Below, piece by piece: positions 29,425-38,884 of a DNA stretch of 64,000 bases. The position numbers were made by a program, and so were the translations under genes. Within the stretch, counting starts at the first letter, position 1, and each line of letters begins with the position of its first letter. This stretch comes from Spirochaetia bacterium (lineage in GTDB: Bacteria; Spirochaetota; Spirochaetia; SZUA-6; Bin103): positions 32,001-96,000 of the forward strand of contig CBDBOV010000005.1 of the NCBI GenBank assembly GCA_965208575.1. The letters run 5' to 3'. A model generated the notes under the pieces. The model was not told the DNA's origin, made no database searches, and saw nothing but the letters and a program-made list of their open reading frames with translations.

Positions 29425-30159
29425 ATGGTTCCCAACAAGATTCTGCAGTGCATACGGCGTGGGGAGAAGGCGCTCGGGCTGATGCTCAGGGAGCCGTCCG
29501 GACAACTGGTGGAGCTGGCCGGACGGTGCGGGCTGGACTTCGTGAGCTTCGACGCCCAGCACGATACGTGGACGCCGGCGGAGATGGGGGAGATGTGCCG
29601 CATCGCCGACCCCTACGGCATGACGGTCTCCACGCGCATCCCGGACGGCGCGGAGAGCACCATCCTCAGCTACCTGGATCGGGGTGTGCGGGTGATCACG
29701 ATCCCCAACCTGCTCACCGCCGAGCAGGCCCGCGACCTGGTCAAGTACAGCTTCTTCGCGCCGCTCGGGCTGCGCAGCGCCACCAGCATCGCCACCATGC
29801 ACGGCCAGGTGGACGGCGACCACGTGCGCCTGTTTCAGGACGTCAACGCGAACACGATAGTCGTGCCGCAACTGGAGAGCATCGTCGCCCTGGAGAACCT
29901 GGACGAGATTCTCGCGGTGGACGGCATCGACTACTTCGGCGCCGGCGCCGAGGACATGGCGCAGAGCCTGGGCCTGCCGGGCGAACCGCAGCATCCGCTC
30001 GTAGCGGAGACCTACGAGAAGATCAATGCGAAGCTGCACGCGGCCGGCAAGCGCATGTTCGGCGAGGTGGCCGCGAGCGTGTCGCCGTTCGACCTGACCA
30101 GGGACGCGATTGCCGATCTGCTGCAGCGGCACGGGCAGCAGACGAAGCTCGGCTGGTAG
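29425..30159 (+). CDS. HpcH/HpaI aldolase family protein
   Basis: GLDFVSFDAQH, FAPLGLRS, QLES..ALENLDEILAVDGID, DMAQSLG. Confidence 0.88.
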   Translation: MVPNKILQCIRRGEKALGLMLREPSGQLVELAGRCGLDFVSFDAQHDTWTPAEMGEMCRIADPYGMTVSTRIPDGAESTILSYLDRGVRVITIPNLLTAEQARDLVKYSFFAPLGLRSATSIATMHGQVDGDHVRLFQDVNANTIVVPQLESIVALENLDEILAVDGIDYFGAGAEDMAQSLGLPGEPQHPLVAETYEKINAKLHAAGKRMFGEVAASVSPFDLTRDAIADLLQRHGQQTKLGW

Positions 30160-30168
30160 CGCCGCGCC

Positions 30169-31113
30169 ATGACCGACGAGCAACGCGCAGCCGCGTGGCG
30201 GCGCGACGGGTACCTGGTGGTGCGCGGGGCGCTCGGTCCCGAGCACCTTGATCCGGTCCGCGCCCTTATCGGCGAGCGGGTGGACGCGTTCGCCCGTGAG
30301 CGGCACGCGGACGGCGACTTGGCGACGCTGCACGAGAACGAGCCGTTTGGCCGCCGCTACGCCGCCATCCAAGAGGAGCTGTCCCGCCGGCAGCGGCCGC
30401 CGCAGGGCAGCAAGCCGCTGTTTGCCGTCACCGACCTGTGCAACCGCGCGCTGTACGACCTCTACACCCATCCGGCCATCACCGATGTCCTGCGGGTGAT
30501 CGTCGGGCCGGAGGTGACCCTGCACGGCATCTCGGTGATTCGGGTCAAGCTGCCGGAGGACTCCCGGACCGCGTTCCCGTGGCACCAGGACAGCCACTAC
30601 TACAACGAGCACAAGACCGGCCGCTTCGAGGCCACCACCGAGCACATGCGGGTGATCACCACCTGGGTGCCGCTGGTGGATGTCGACACCGCCAACGGCT
30701 GCCTGTGGGTGATTCCCGGCAGCCACCGGTGGGGGTTCCTGTCGGGCGCCCGCGCCGCCGCCACCGGCCACGTGCTGATCCCGGAAGACGTGGAGCGGCG
30801 CGGCACCCCCACCCCGCTGCCGATGCAGGCCGGGGACGCGGTGTTTCTGACCAACCTGACGCTGCACGCAAGCAAGGTGAACGGCAGCGACCGGGTGCGC
30901 TGGAGCCACGACTTCCGCTATCACCCGACCGCGTCCTCTACCCCGGCGGGCTCGCCGGAACGCGAGGCCACCGACTACCTGGACACCAAGTCGCACAATT
31001 ACGGCACCGAACCGCTGCGCGTGCTCAGCGCCGGCCCCACCCCAACCTGGAAGGAGTGGGAGCGGACCAGCCGCGCGCGCCGCGAAGCGCTCGCTGCGGC
31101 GTCACCGGCATAG
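30169..31113 (+). CDS. Phytanoyl-CoA dioxygenase (PhyH) family protein
   Basis: PWHQDSHY, WVPL...NGCLWVIPGSH, GDAVF...LHAS..N...RWS. Confidence 0.92.
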   Translation: MTDEQRAAAWRRDGYLVVRGALGPEHLDPVRALIGERVDAFARERHADGDLATLHENEPFGRRYAAIQEELSRRQRPPQGSKPLFAVTDLCNRALYDLYTHPAITDVLRVIVGPEVTLHGISVIRVKLPEDSRTAFPWHQDSHYYNEHKTGRFEATTEHMRVITTWVPLVDVDTANGCLWVIPGSHRWGFLSGARAAATGHVLIPEDVERRGTPTPLPMQAGDAVFLTNLTLHASKVNGSDRVRWSHDFRYHPTASSTPAGSPEREATDYLDTKSHNYGTEPLRVLSAGPTPTWKEWERTSRARREALAAASPA

Positions 31114-31123
31114 GGGAGCAACG

Positions 31124-32065
31124 ATGGCTGACCGAATCGGATTTGGCGAGTTCACCTACGACGTAGAGCCGGCCTGGGCACAACTGCCCGACGGCTGGAT
31201 CATCAAGGACACCCCCGACGTGCTGGTCGACGACGCGCACGACCGCGTGTACGTGTTCACCCGCTGGAAGCACCCCGTGATGGTGTTCGACCGCGCCGGC
31301 ACCTTCATCACCAGTTGGGGCTCCGACCTGTTCACGATGCCGCACGGGCTCTCCATGGGTCCCGACGGGCACCTGTACCTGGTGGACGCGTTCGGCCACT
31401 GCATCCGCAAGTGCACCACGGAGGGCGAGGTGTTGCAGGTATGGGGCACGCCGGACCGCAGCTCCGGCCACTACAGCGGCAAGCCGTTCAACGGCCCCAC
31501 CAAGGTCGCGTTCGATCCGGGCACCGGTGACATGTACGTGGCCGACGGCTACGGCAACGCGCGCGTGCACAAGTACTCCGCCGCCGGCGAGTTCCTGTTC
31601 TCCTGGGGCGAGCCCGGCCAGGGACCGGGGCAGTTCAACCTTGTGCACGGCGTGCAGACCGACCGGGCCGGCAACGTCTACGTGGCCAGCCGCGAGGGCC
31701 ACCGGGTGCAGGTGTTCGACGGCGGCGGCGCCTACCTGAGCGAGTGGCGCACCGGCGTGCACCGCCCCAACGGCTTCTTCATCACCGCGGCGGGCCGCGA
31801 CCGCGAGCTGGTGTACGTCGGCGAGGCGGGCGCCGGCTTCGGCGAGAACCGCGGCATCCGCGGGTTCGGCGACTGCCTGGCGATCTTCGAGCTGGACGGC
31901 ACCTGCCTGGCCCGCATCTACCACGACTCCCCGGTCATGCAGGGGCCGCACGGCATCGGCGTCGATGCCCGCGGCAACGTCTACCTGACCCAGGTTCTGT
32001 GGGGCAACGGCCCCTGGATCGACCCCATGGACCAGCAGATGATGATCCGCCTGCGCCGGGTTTAG
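31124..32065 (+). CDS. NHL-repeat protein, peptidyl-alpha-hydroxyglycine amidating lyase-like
   Basis: FTMPHG, FNGPTKVA, YVADGYGNARVHKYS, SWGEPGQGPGQFNLVHG. Confidence 0.88.
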   Translation: MADRIGFGEFTYDVEPAWAQLPDGWIIKDTPDVLVDDAHDRVYVFTRWKHPVMVFDRAGTFITSWGSDLFTMPHGLSMGPDGHLYLVDAFGHCIRKCTTEGEVLQVWGTPDRSSGHYSGKPFNGPTKVAFDPGTGDMYVADGYGNARVHKYSAAGEFLFSWGEPGQGPGQFNLVHGVQTDRAGNVYVASREGHRVQVFDGGGAYLSEWRTGVHRPNGFFITAAGRDRELVYVGEAGAGFGENRGIRGFGDCLAIFELDGTCLARIYHDSPVMQGPHGIGVDARGNVYLTQVLWGNGPWIDPMDQQMMIRLRRV

Positions 32066-32070
32066 TACCC

Positions 32071-32523
32071 TTATCGGACCGATTCGGGGACGTGGGTCTC
32101 TACGACCAGCTCCTGCCCCAACTCGCGGAGTGCGGCACCAATCCGGCTGGCGGCGGTGCGGTGGCGCGGGTCGAGCATGCGGCGCACCACCTTCCCGTCG
32201 ACGCCGAGACGGCGCGCGAGGGCGCTGCGCGAGAGACCGCTGTCCTGAAGCGCAAGCACTAGAGCGGCTTTGGCCGCCGTATCCGCCGGTACGGCAACAT
32301 CATGCTCATCCGTGCGCCGGGCACTCGGCGCCGGGATCGGATCGCTGTCTGCAGGCGGGTATACGATGCGGCCGGCAATGGCCACGTCGAGGGCGTCCGC
32401 GGCTTCTGCCAGGGCCTCGGTTTCGTCGGCGCCCGAGGTGAGGCACTCCGGTAGATCCCGGAACGAGACAACGACCTCGTCCGGGCCGGTGCGGTGCAGC
32501 CGTGCTGGATATACAAAACGCAT
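32071..32523 (-). CDS. hicB: HicB-family antitoxin with C-terminal HTH (no HicA recognised)
   Basis: YPARL...VVSFRDLPECLTSG...EALAEA.DAL, AAKAAL, LARRLG....VRRMLDP. Confidence 0.88.
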   Translation of the reverse strand: MRFVYPARLHRTGPDEVVVSFRDLPECLTSGADETEALAEAADALDVAIAGRIVYPPADSDPIPAPSARRTDEHDVAVPADTAAKAALVLALQDSGLSRSALARRLGVDGKVVRRMLDPRHRTAASRIGAALRELGQELVVETHVPESVR

Positions 32524-32766
32524 GACACTCCCCCGTAACGGGACCTTACCTGAAGTCACTTCGTTGTGTCCCACGATCAAGCACGCGTCGCGCCATCTCG
32601 CTATTGCGCGGCACCGCCTGAGTGACTCGCCAGCTTGACCCTTTGACCGGTGCCGCCGACAAGGGTAGATTGCGAGGCGCCGCGAGGCGCCGGATCCATG
32701 AACGATGCATGGTCCGGAAGAGCCGGCCGGCGGCCGATGCTTGGGCATCGGTTTTCATCGTCTTCC

Positions 32767-33477
32767 ATGTCGCGGAATTACCGTACAGACTCTCACTTCG
32801 ATCTGGTCGAACGCGTCATCCTCCGTTGCGTCGTCGGCTCGCGCGCCTACGGACTGGACCGCGAGGGCTCCGACACCGACCGCCGCGGTGCGTATCTGCC
32901 GCCCGCCGACCTGCACTGGTCGCTGGCGGGAGCGCCGCCGCAATTGCAGAACGAAACCACCCAGGAGGTGTACTGGGAGATCCAGAAATTCATCGTGCTC
33001 GCCCTGAAAGCCAATCCGAACGTCCTGGAGTGCCTCTATACGCCGCTCGTGGAGACCGTCACGCCGCTGGGCAAGGAGTTGCTGGCCATGCGGGGGTGCT
33101 TTCTTTCCCGGCTGGTGCACCAGACCTACACGCACTACGTGGAGGCTCAGTTCAGGCGCATGCAGGCCGGGCTGCGCAGCCGCGGTGTGGTGAAGTGGAG
33201 GCACGCGATGCACCTGCTGCGCCTGCTGCTGTCCGGCGTCACGGTGCTGCGGGAGGGTTTCGTCGCCGTCGACGTGAGCGAGCACCGGGAGCGGCTGCTG
33301 GCCGTCAGGTCGGGCAGGATCAGGTGGCAGGAAGTGGACGCGTGGCGGCGGGAACTGGTCGCTGAATTCGATGCCGCGCTGGCGCGCACCGCCCTGCCGG
33401 CGCAGCCCGACTACGAGCGCGCCGACCGGTTTCTGATCCGTGCCCGCCGGCGCGCGGTCGAGGAACGACTGCCGTGA
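32767..33477 (+). CDS. Pol-beta superfamily nucleotidyltransferase (RlaP/YcgL-like), copy 1
   Basis: VVGSRAYGL....SDTDRRG, KANPNVLECL, HLLRLL. Confidence 0.88.
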   Translation: MSRNYRTDSHFDLVERVILRCVVGSRAYGLDREGSDTDRRGAYLPPADLHWSLAGAPPQLQNETTQEVYWEIQKFIVLALKANPNVLECLYTPLVETVTPLGKELLAMRGCFLSRLVHQTYTHYVEAQFRRMQAGLRSRGVVKWRHAMHLLRLLLSGVTVLREGFVAVDVSEHRERLLAVRSGRIRWQEVDAWRRELVAEFDAALARTALPAQPDYERADRFLIRARRRAVEERLP

Positions 33478-34277
33478 GCCCTCCCACCCCAGGGGTGCAA
33501 CTCACCGGCGACGAGCGCCTGCAGCGGGTGGTTGACCGGCATCCCTATCCACTGCTGTTCGTCACGATCAGCGGTGCCCACCTGTACGGGTTTCCGTCTC
33601 CCGACTCCGACTACGACCTGCGCGGCGTCCACCTGTTGCCGCTGAAGCGAGTCATAGGCCTCGACGGCGGCGGCGAAACGGTGGAGACGTCGCACCATCT
33701 CGCCGGGATGGAGATCGACCTGGTGACGCACGACGCGCGCAAGTTCTTCGGCCTGCTGCTGAAGCCGAACGGGTACGTGCTGGAGCAGGTGCACTCGCCG
33801 CTGATCGTACACACCACGCCGGCGCACGAGGAGTTGAAGGCGATCGCCGCCGACTGCGTGACACGCCGCCACGAGCGGCACTATCGCGGCTTCGCCGCCG
33901 GGCAGTGGAAGCTGTTTCAGCGCGAGCAGCCACCGCGGATCAAGCCGTTGTTGTACGTGTATCGCGTGCTCCTGACCGGCATCCACCTGATGCGGACGGG
34001 CGCGGTCGAGGCCAACCTGAGCACCCTCAACGACCGCGCAAGGTTGCCCTGCCTCGACGAGTTGATCGCGCGCAAATCCGCCGGCCCGGAACAGGACCAC
34101 CTGCCGGCGACCGATGTGCGACTCCATGCGGCGGAGTACGAGCGCCTGGCCGGCGTGCTGCGTGCGGCGGCGGACGCATCCCACCTGCCGGAGCAACCGC
34201 GCGCCAAGCCCGCCCTGCACGACCTGCTGCTACGGCTGCGATTGCACGGACTCGCCGGCGCTCTCGCCGATAGCTGA
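33474..34277 (+). CDS. Pol-beta superfamily nucleotidyltransferase (RlaP/YcgL-like), copy 2
   Basis: SGAHLYGFPSPDSDYDLRG, NGYVLEQ, KPLLYVYRVLLTGIHL; GTGA overlap with copy 1. Confidence 0.88.
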   Translation: MSPPTPGVQLTGDERLQRVVDRHPYPLLFVTISGAHLYGFPSPDSDYDLRGVHLLPLKRVIGLDGGGETVETSHHLAGMEIDLVTHDARKFFGLLLKPNGYVLEQVHSPLIVHTTPAHEELKAIAADCVTRRHERHYRGFAAGQWKLFQREQPPRIKPLLYVYRVLLTGIHLMRTGAVEANLSTLNDRARLPCLDELIARKSAGPEQDHLPATDVRLHAAEYERLAGVLRAAADASHLPEQPRAKPALHDLLLRLRLHGLAGALADS

Positions 34278-34633
34278 CTGCCGCAGGCCGGCCAACGACA
34301 ACGCACCGGCGCGACCACTGCCGGAAACCGAATGCACTCCATTCCTTTACCCGTAGCGGCAAGGCGTGGAACTGGCACCGGTACCGGTGCGCCTCGGGGT
34401 CCACCGGTACGGCGGTCCGCTGCGGCAGGACTATCCCACGCTACCGAGTCGCAGGCGGCCAGTCGCGATCTGAGGCGGGCGTGAAGCACGCCCGGAGCCT
34501 TCGCCGGCGTCCGGCGCCGCCCGCCCGCGGCAATAGACCAGCGAGCACGCCCGTCGGTGCATGACACCGCCGCCGCACCGATCATCCGCAACACGGGCAA
34601 GGCGATTGACGCAGCGCGCGGGCCGCCGGTTCA

Positions 34634-35680
34634 ATGGGGAGCGTGGACGTCGCCAACCCGATCTACGACGTGGTGTTCAAGTACCTGATGCAGAACGACC
34701 GGGTCGCCCGCCTGCTGATCGGCAGGATCACCGGCCTCGCGGTGCGGTCGCTCACCGTCAGCCCGCAGGAGAGCGCCGTGCGCCGCACTCCCGAAGACCC
34801 GGAGCGCGTCCAGCCGCTGACGCTGCTGCGCATGGACTTCGCCGCCCGCGTGCGCACTGCCGACGGCGGCGAGCGGCAGGTGCTGATCGAGATTCAGAAG
34901 ACCAGCGCGCCGACCGTGATCGAGCGCTTCCGGCGCTACCTGGGCCAGCAGATCGGCAGCGGCGACAACATCCTTACCCATCCGTCGGGCCGCACCGAGG
35001 CGGTGCCAATCGTGACCATCTACTTCCTGGGCTACGCCCTGGATGACCTGTCGGACGAGGCGGTGATCGACGTGTGCCCGCAGGTGACCGAGCGGCGCAC
35101 GGGGCGGGAGCTTGCGGCGAGCCATCCGCTGGTGGAGGGGATCCATCACCGCAGCCACATCATCCAGATACCGCGGCTGGCGAGCCGGCGGCGGGACGAG
35201 TTGGAGCGGCTGCTGGCGATCTTCGACCAGGGCTTGGTGAAAGGCAACGGGCGGGGTGACGCGCATGTGCTGACGATCGAAGAAGGGGAGTACCCGGCGG
35301 AGTGCGCCTTCGTGCTGCGGCAGTTGCGGGAGGCGATGGCGGAAGAAGAGGTGCGGCGCGACATGGAGGGAGAGGACCTGCTGTTGCGGGACTCGATGCT
35401 GCTGGCGCGGCAGGTGGAGCATCGCGACCGCCTTATAGCACAGGAGCGGCAGCAGGCGCAGCAGGAGCGGGAGCGGGCGCAGCGAGCGGAGCGGGCGCAA
35501 CAGCAGGCGGAACGGGCACAGCAGCAGGCGGAACAGGCGCAGCAACAGGCGGAGCAGGAGCGGCGCCTGTTGCTCGCGCAGGCGATCCGCCGCCTGCATG
35601 GCCTGGGACAGGATGCCGAAGCGATCGCCGCGGCGCTGGCGGTGGATGCGGACGAGGTGCGGCGAGTCCTGTCGGAGTGA
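34634..35680 (+). CDS. Rpn-like PD-(D/E)XK nuclease-family protein with coiled-coil repeat tail
   Basis: NPIYDVVFKYL, RMDF, LIEIQK, then QQQAE(R/Q)A repeats and a short helical end. Confidence 0.75.
   Translation: MGSVDVANPIYDVVFKYLMQNDRVARLLIGRITGLAVRSLTVSPQESAVRRTPEDPERVQPLTLLRMDFAARVRTADGGERQVLIEIQKTSAPTVIERFRRYLGQQIGSGDNILTHPSGRTEAVPIVTIYFLGYALDDLSDEAVIDVCPQVTERRTGRELAASHPLVEGIHHRSHIIQIPRLASRRRDELERLLAIFDQGLVKGNGRGDAHVLTIEEGEYPAECAFVLRQLREAMAEEEVRRDMEGEDLLLRDSMLLARQVEHRDRLIAQERQQAQQERERAQRAERAQQQAERAQQQAEQAQQQAEQERRLLLAQAIRRLHGLGQDAEAIAAALAVDADEVRRVLSE
35441..35560 (+). repeat. Imperfect 21-nt tandem repeat encoding QQQAE(R/Q)A heptads
   Basis: Successive CA(A/G)CA(A/G)GCGGAAC(G/A)GGC units. 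Confidence 0.8.
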
Positions 35681-35735
35681 CGGCCGTGCGTAGGCGGGAG
35701 ACTGAGGCCCGACGAATTCGCCGTCCCGAACTTGC

Positions 35736-37336
35736 TTGCTCACCGAGAAGATCGCCCTGTTCCGATCGCTGTTTCGCGGCCGCGAGGACGTGTTTCCCAA
35801 GCGGTGGAGCAACGCACGGAGCGGCAGATCCGGCTACGCCCCCGCCTGTGCCAACGAGTGGGCGCCCCGAATCTGCGACAAGCCCAGGATCAAGTGCCGG
35901 GAGTGCCCGAACCAGGCGTTCATACCGGTGACCGCCGATGTGATCGCCCGCCTCCGCGGCAGGGGTGCGGACGGCCGCGACTTCACCATCGGCGTATACC
36001 CCATGCTGGCCGACGAAACCTGCTGGTTCCTGGCCATAGACTTCGACAAGAAGACTTGGCACCGCGACGTTGCCGTGTTCCTGGCGACCTGTCAGGCGCT
36101 GGGGGTTCCGGCCGCCTTGGAACGATCGCGGTCCGGCAACGGCGGCCACATGTGGATCTTCTTCACCCATCCGGTCCCGGCAGCGTCGGCTCGACGCCTT
36201 GGAGCATGGCTGCTCACCGAGTCGATGGAACGGAACCCCGACATCGGGTTCGAGTCCTACGACCGACTGTTTCCCAACCAGGACACGCTGCCGGCCGGTG
36301 GCTTCGGCAATCTGATAGCCCTGCCCTTGCAGCACCAGCCACGGCGAGCCGACAACAGCGTATTCCTTGACGACGACTTGCAGCCACACGTCGACCAGTG
36401 GAGGTACTTGTCTTCGGTCAGACGCATGAGTCCGGCCGAGGTCGCCCGCCTGACCGACGAAGCCGGCCGGCGCGGGCGCATACTCGGCGTACGCTTGCCC
36501 GTCGTGGAGGAGGACGAAGCGCCGTGGCTTGCGCCGCCGTCCCGGAAGAGAACGGACGAACCAATTGCCGGTCCACTGCCCGAGACCGTCGAGGTGGTGC
36601 TTGGCGATCAGGTGTACGTTGGTCGAGCAGGGCTTCCCGCGTCCCTCGTCAATCGGCTGGCCCGACTCGCCGCATTTCAGAATCCCGAGTTCTACAGCGC
36701 CCAGGGGATGCGCCTGCCCCACCTACGGTATTCCCCCTGTCATCGGCTGCGCGGAGCTGCTGTCGCACCACGTGGCGCTGCCGCGCGGGTGCCGCGACCA
36801 GGTGGAGGCGCTGCTCTCGTCACTGGGCATCGTCGTACGTCCCCGCGACGAGCGCAATGGCGGTCGTCCGCTCGCAACGACCTTCGAAGGCGAGCTGACG
36901 CAGGAGCAGGATGCTGCCGCACACGCGCTGATGCGGCACGATACGGGAGTACTGGCGGCGACCACCGCATTCGGCAAGACCGTAGTTGCGGCTTCCCTGA
37001 TCGCCGCCCGCGGGTCCAATACCCTCGTTCTGGTCCATCGTCGCCAGCTCCTGGACCAGTGGCTCGCCCGGCTCGCCAGCTTTCTCGATCTTCCTGCCGA
37101 GCAGATCGGTCAGATCGGCGGCGGCAAGCGCCGCCCGACCGGTGCCGTCGACGTCGCCGTCATCCAGAGCCTGGTCCGCAAAGGCGAAGTCGATGACGTG
37201 GTCGCCGACTATGGCCACCAAGCGCGAGGTGATCGTATACGACTACGTGGACGGCGAGGTTCCGGTGCTGGCCGGCATGAGCCTCAAGCGGATCACCGGC
37301 TTCAAGAGCCTGGGCTACTCCGTCGCCGCTCCATGA
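35736..37336 (+). pseudogene. Archaeo-eukaryotic primase-like (TOTE-type) plus SF2 helicase fusion, frameshifted and internally deleted
   Basis: LFRSLFRGRED, AIDFD, ERSRSGNGGH, DRLFPNQD, GNLIALPL; extra C at ~36720; Walker A TAFGKT; jumps from DYGH to KREVIVYDYVD at ~37219, losing the DEAH box. Confidence 0.85.
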
Positions 37337-37359
37337 GCAACCTCTCCACGTCGACCGCA

Positions 37360-37459
37360 CGCCGGCCCGCCCCATCTCGGGCACCGTACGGACGTGGTGG
37401 TCTCTGAGTTCTGCTCTGAGCCGCCGGGGGAGACACTCATCGAGCAGAATGCGCTTCAG
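37360..37459 (-). pseudogene. N-terminal stub of a DUF5615 PIN-like toxin
   Basis: Manual translation KRILLDECLPRRLRAELRDHHVRTVPEMG overlapping the DUF433 stop; truncated. Confidence 0.7.
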
Positions 37460-37664
37460 AGGTCAGCACTTCCTTCGCCTGTTCGAGCACGGCTATCGTC
37501 TGGCTGCGGGAAACGGTCGGAAAATCGTCGAGGAATTCGGCCAGCGGACGGCCGGCCTTGAGGTAGTCCGGCAAGGCTTGAACAGGAACGCGAGTTCCGA
37601 CGAAGACCGGCGTTCCGCCAAGAATCTCGGGATCGCGGAGAATTTCCTGCGGTTTCTGAACCAT
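37437..37664 (-). CDS. DUF433-family antitoxin
   Basis: DPEILGGTPVFVGTRVPV...EFLDDFPTVSR. Confidence 0.9.
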   Translation of the reverse strand: MVQKPQEILRDPEILGGTPVFVGTRVPVQALPDYLKAGRPLAEFLDDFPTVSRSQTIAVLEQAKEVLTSEAHSAR

Positions 37665-37707
37665 GACGGACCTCCAAGCCTCCTCCCTATGGTACCCGGC
37701 CTTCACT

Positions 37708-37950
37708 GCTCGGCCTGCGAGCCGCCACCAACATCGCGACCATGCAGGGCCAAGTGGGCGGCGACCACGTGCGCCTATTCACCTGCCTGGCGCGCATCTA
37801 CCACGACTCCCCGGTCATGCAGGGGCCGCACGGCATCGGCGTCGACGCCGGCGGCAACGTCTACCTGACCCAGGTGCTGTGGGGCAACGGCCCCTGGATC
37901 GACCCCATCGACCGGCAGTTGATGATCCTCCTGCGCCGGGTGTGAGCACC
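37708..37950 (+). repeat. Chimeric diverged copy of 29763-29836 (aldolase) fused to 31900-32070 (NHL gene 3' end)
   Basis: By-eye alignment: 37781 onward closely matches 31901 onward; 37708-37780 matches the aldolase segment GLRSATSIATMHGQVDGDHVRLF. Confidence 0.9.
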
Positions 37951-37979
37951 GATGCGCCTCGAAGTGATACAATGGATAG

Positions 37980-38738
37980 ATGAAGATGATATTGCCGAAA
38001 CGAATGGCGACACCGGTCTTGCTCGGGTGTGCGGCTGTCGTGGTGTTGTCCTGTGCGATGACCGGTGCCGGCACCGGCCCGGGTGACGGAGACGACAACA
38101 GGCCGGTCTGCACTTCGAGCGAATTCCTGGCGAACGGACCGTACTTCCTCAGCAACGGGAGTCAAGGGATTCCCTTCCCGCTGCTGCGCCACTCCTTCTG
38201 CACGCACCAGGATCGAGACCTGGTGCGTTACTCCTTCGAGCTGAGTGACGCTCGCAAGATGGTACACGCCGTGTTCGCGCTGGAGTTCAGTGCATTCGAG
38301 ATGACGCAGGATGGCGCCGCCGAGGCCATATACGAGCGGTCGACGTTCCAAGCCATCACCGACTTCGCGGTCGGCAATGCGCTGAGCAAGTGGCTGGACT
38401 GCCGCGAAATGATCCGCTCAACGAAGGGGTTCGCCATCGACCAGTGTGAGGAGGTCAGTAGCGGCATCCGGCACGTCGGCGCCGGCGAGCCGGGAGGCCA
38501 ACCGGAAGACCTGTTCCCCTGCGGGATCAACGTCGGTCCGGATGGGGTGCGCGACTATGAAGGGGACGAGGTTCCCGAAAGCGTCTATTCCGACGAGGGG
38601 AGGCATTTGACCGAGGGCTTCACGAAGGGCGATCGGTACGCACTGAAGACCGACAGCCGGATCGCCGGGGTCTACGTTCCCGCAATGTTCTTCGGCGACC
38701 TGACGTTCGCCACGGAACTGCCGGCATGCGGCGGTTGA
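37980..38738 (+). CDS. Hypothetical Cys-rich lipoprotein
   Basis: Basic N-terminus, hydrophobic stretch, VLSC lipobox-like site, Gly/Asp linker; no family recognised. Confidence 0.7.
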   Translation: MKMILPKRMATPVLLGCAAVVVLSCAMTGAGTGPGDGDDNRPVCTSSEFLANGPYFLSNGSQGIPFPLLRHSFCTHQDRDLVRYSFELSDARKMVHAVFALEFSAFEMTQDGAAEAIYERSTFQAITDFAVGNALSKWLDCREMIRSTKGFAIDQCEEVSSGIRHVGAGEPGGQPEDLFPCGINVGPDGVRDYEGDEVPESVYSDEGRHLTEGFTKGDRYALKTDSRIAGVYVPAMFFGDLTFATELPACGG

Positions 38739-38884
38739 GCGAGACGGACCCCGGCCCGCGAACTTCGCGGCGGCGAGCGGAGTGCCCGGGAGCACCCGTC
38801 GATCCGCCATGGGGACATAGCATTACATAGCATCCGCAGGTTGTGCCGCTCAGGGCGCGCGGTGTGGTAGGATCGGCGGACGAC

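Noticed and set aside
32524-32766. HicA toxin upstream of HicB
   Set aside because: No GSH-containing HicA-like frame was found on the minus strand.
35441-35560. CRISPR-like repeat
   Set aside because: The units are contiguous, have no spacers and are in frame within a CDS.
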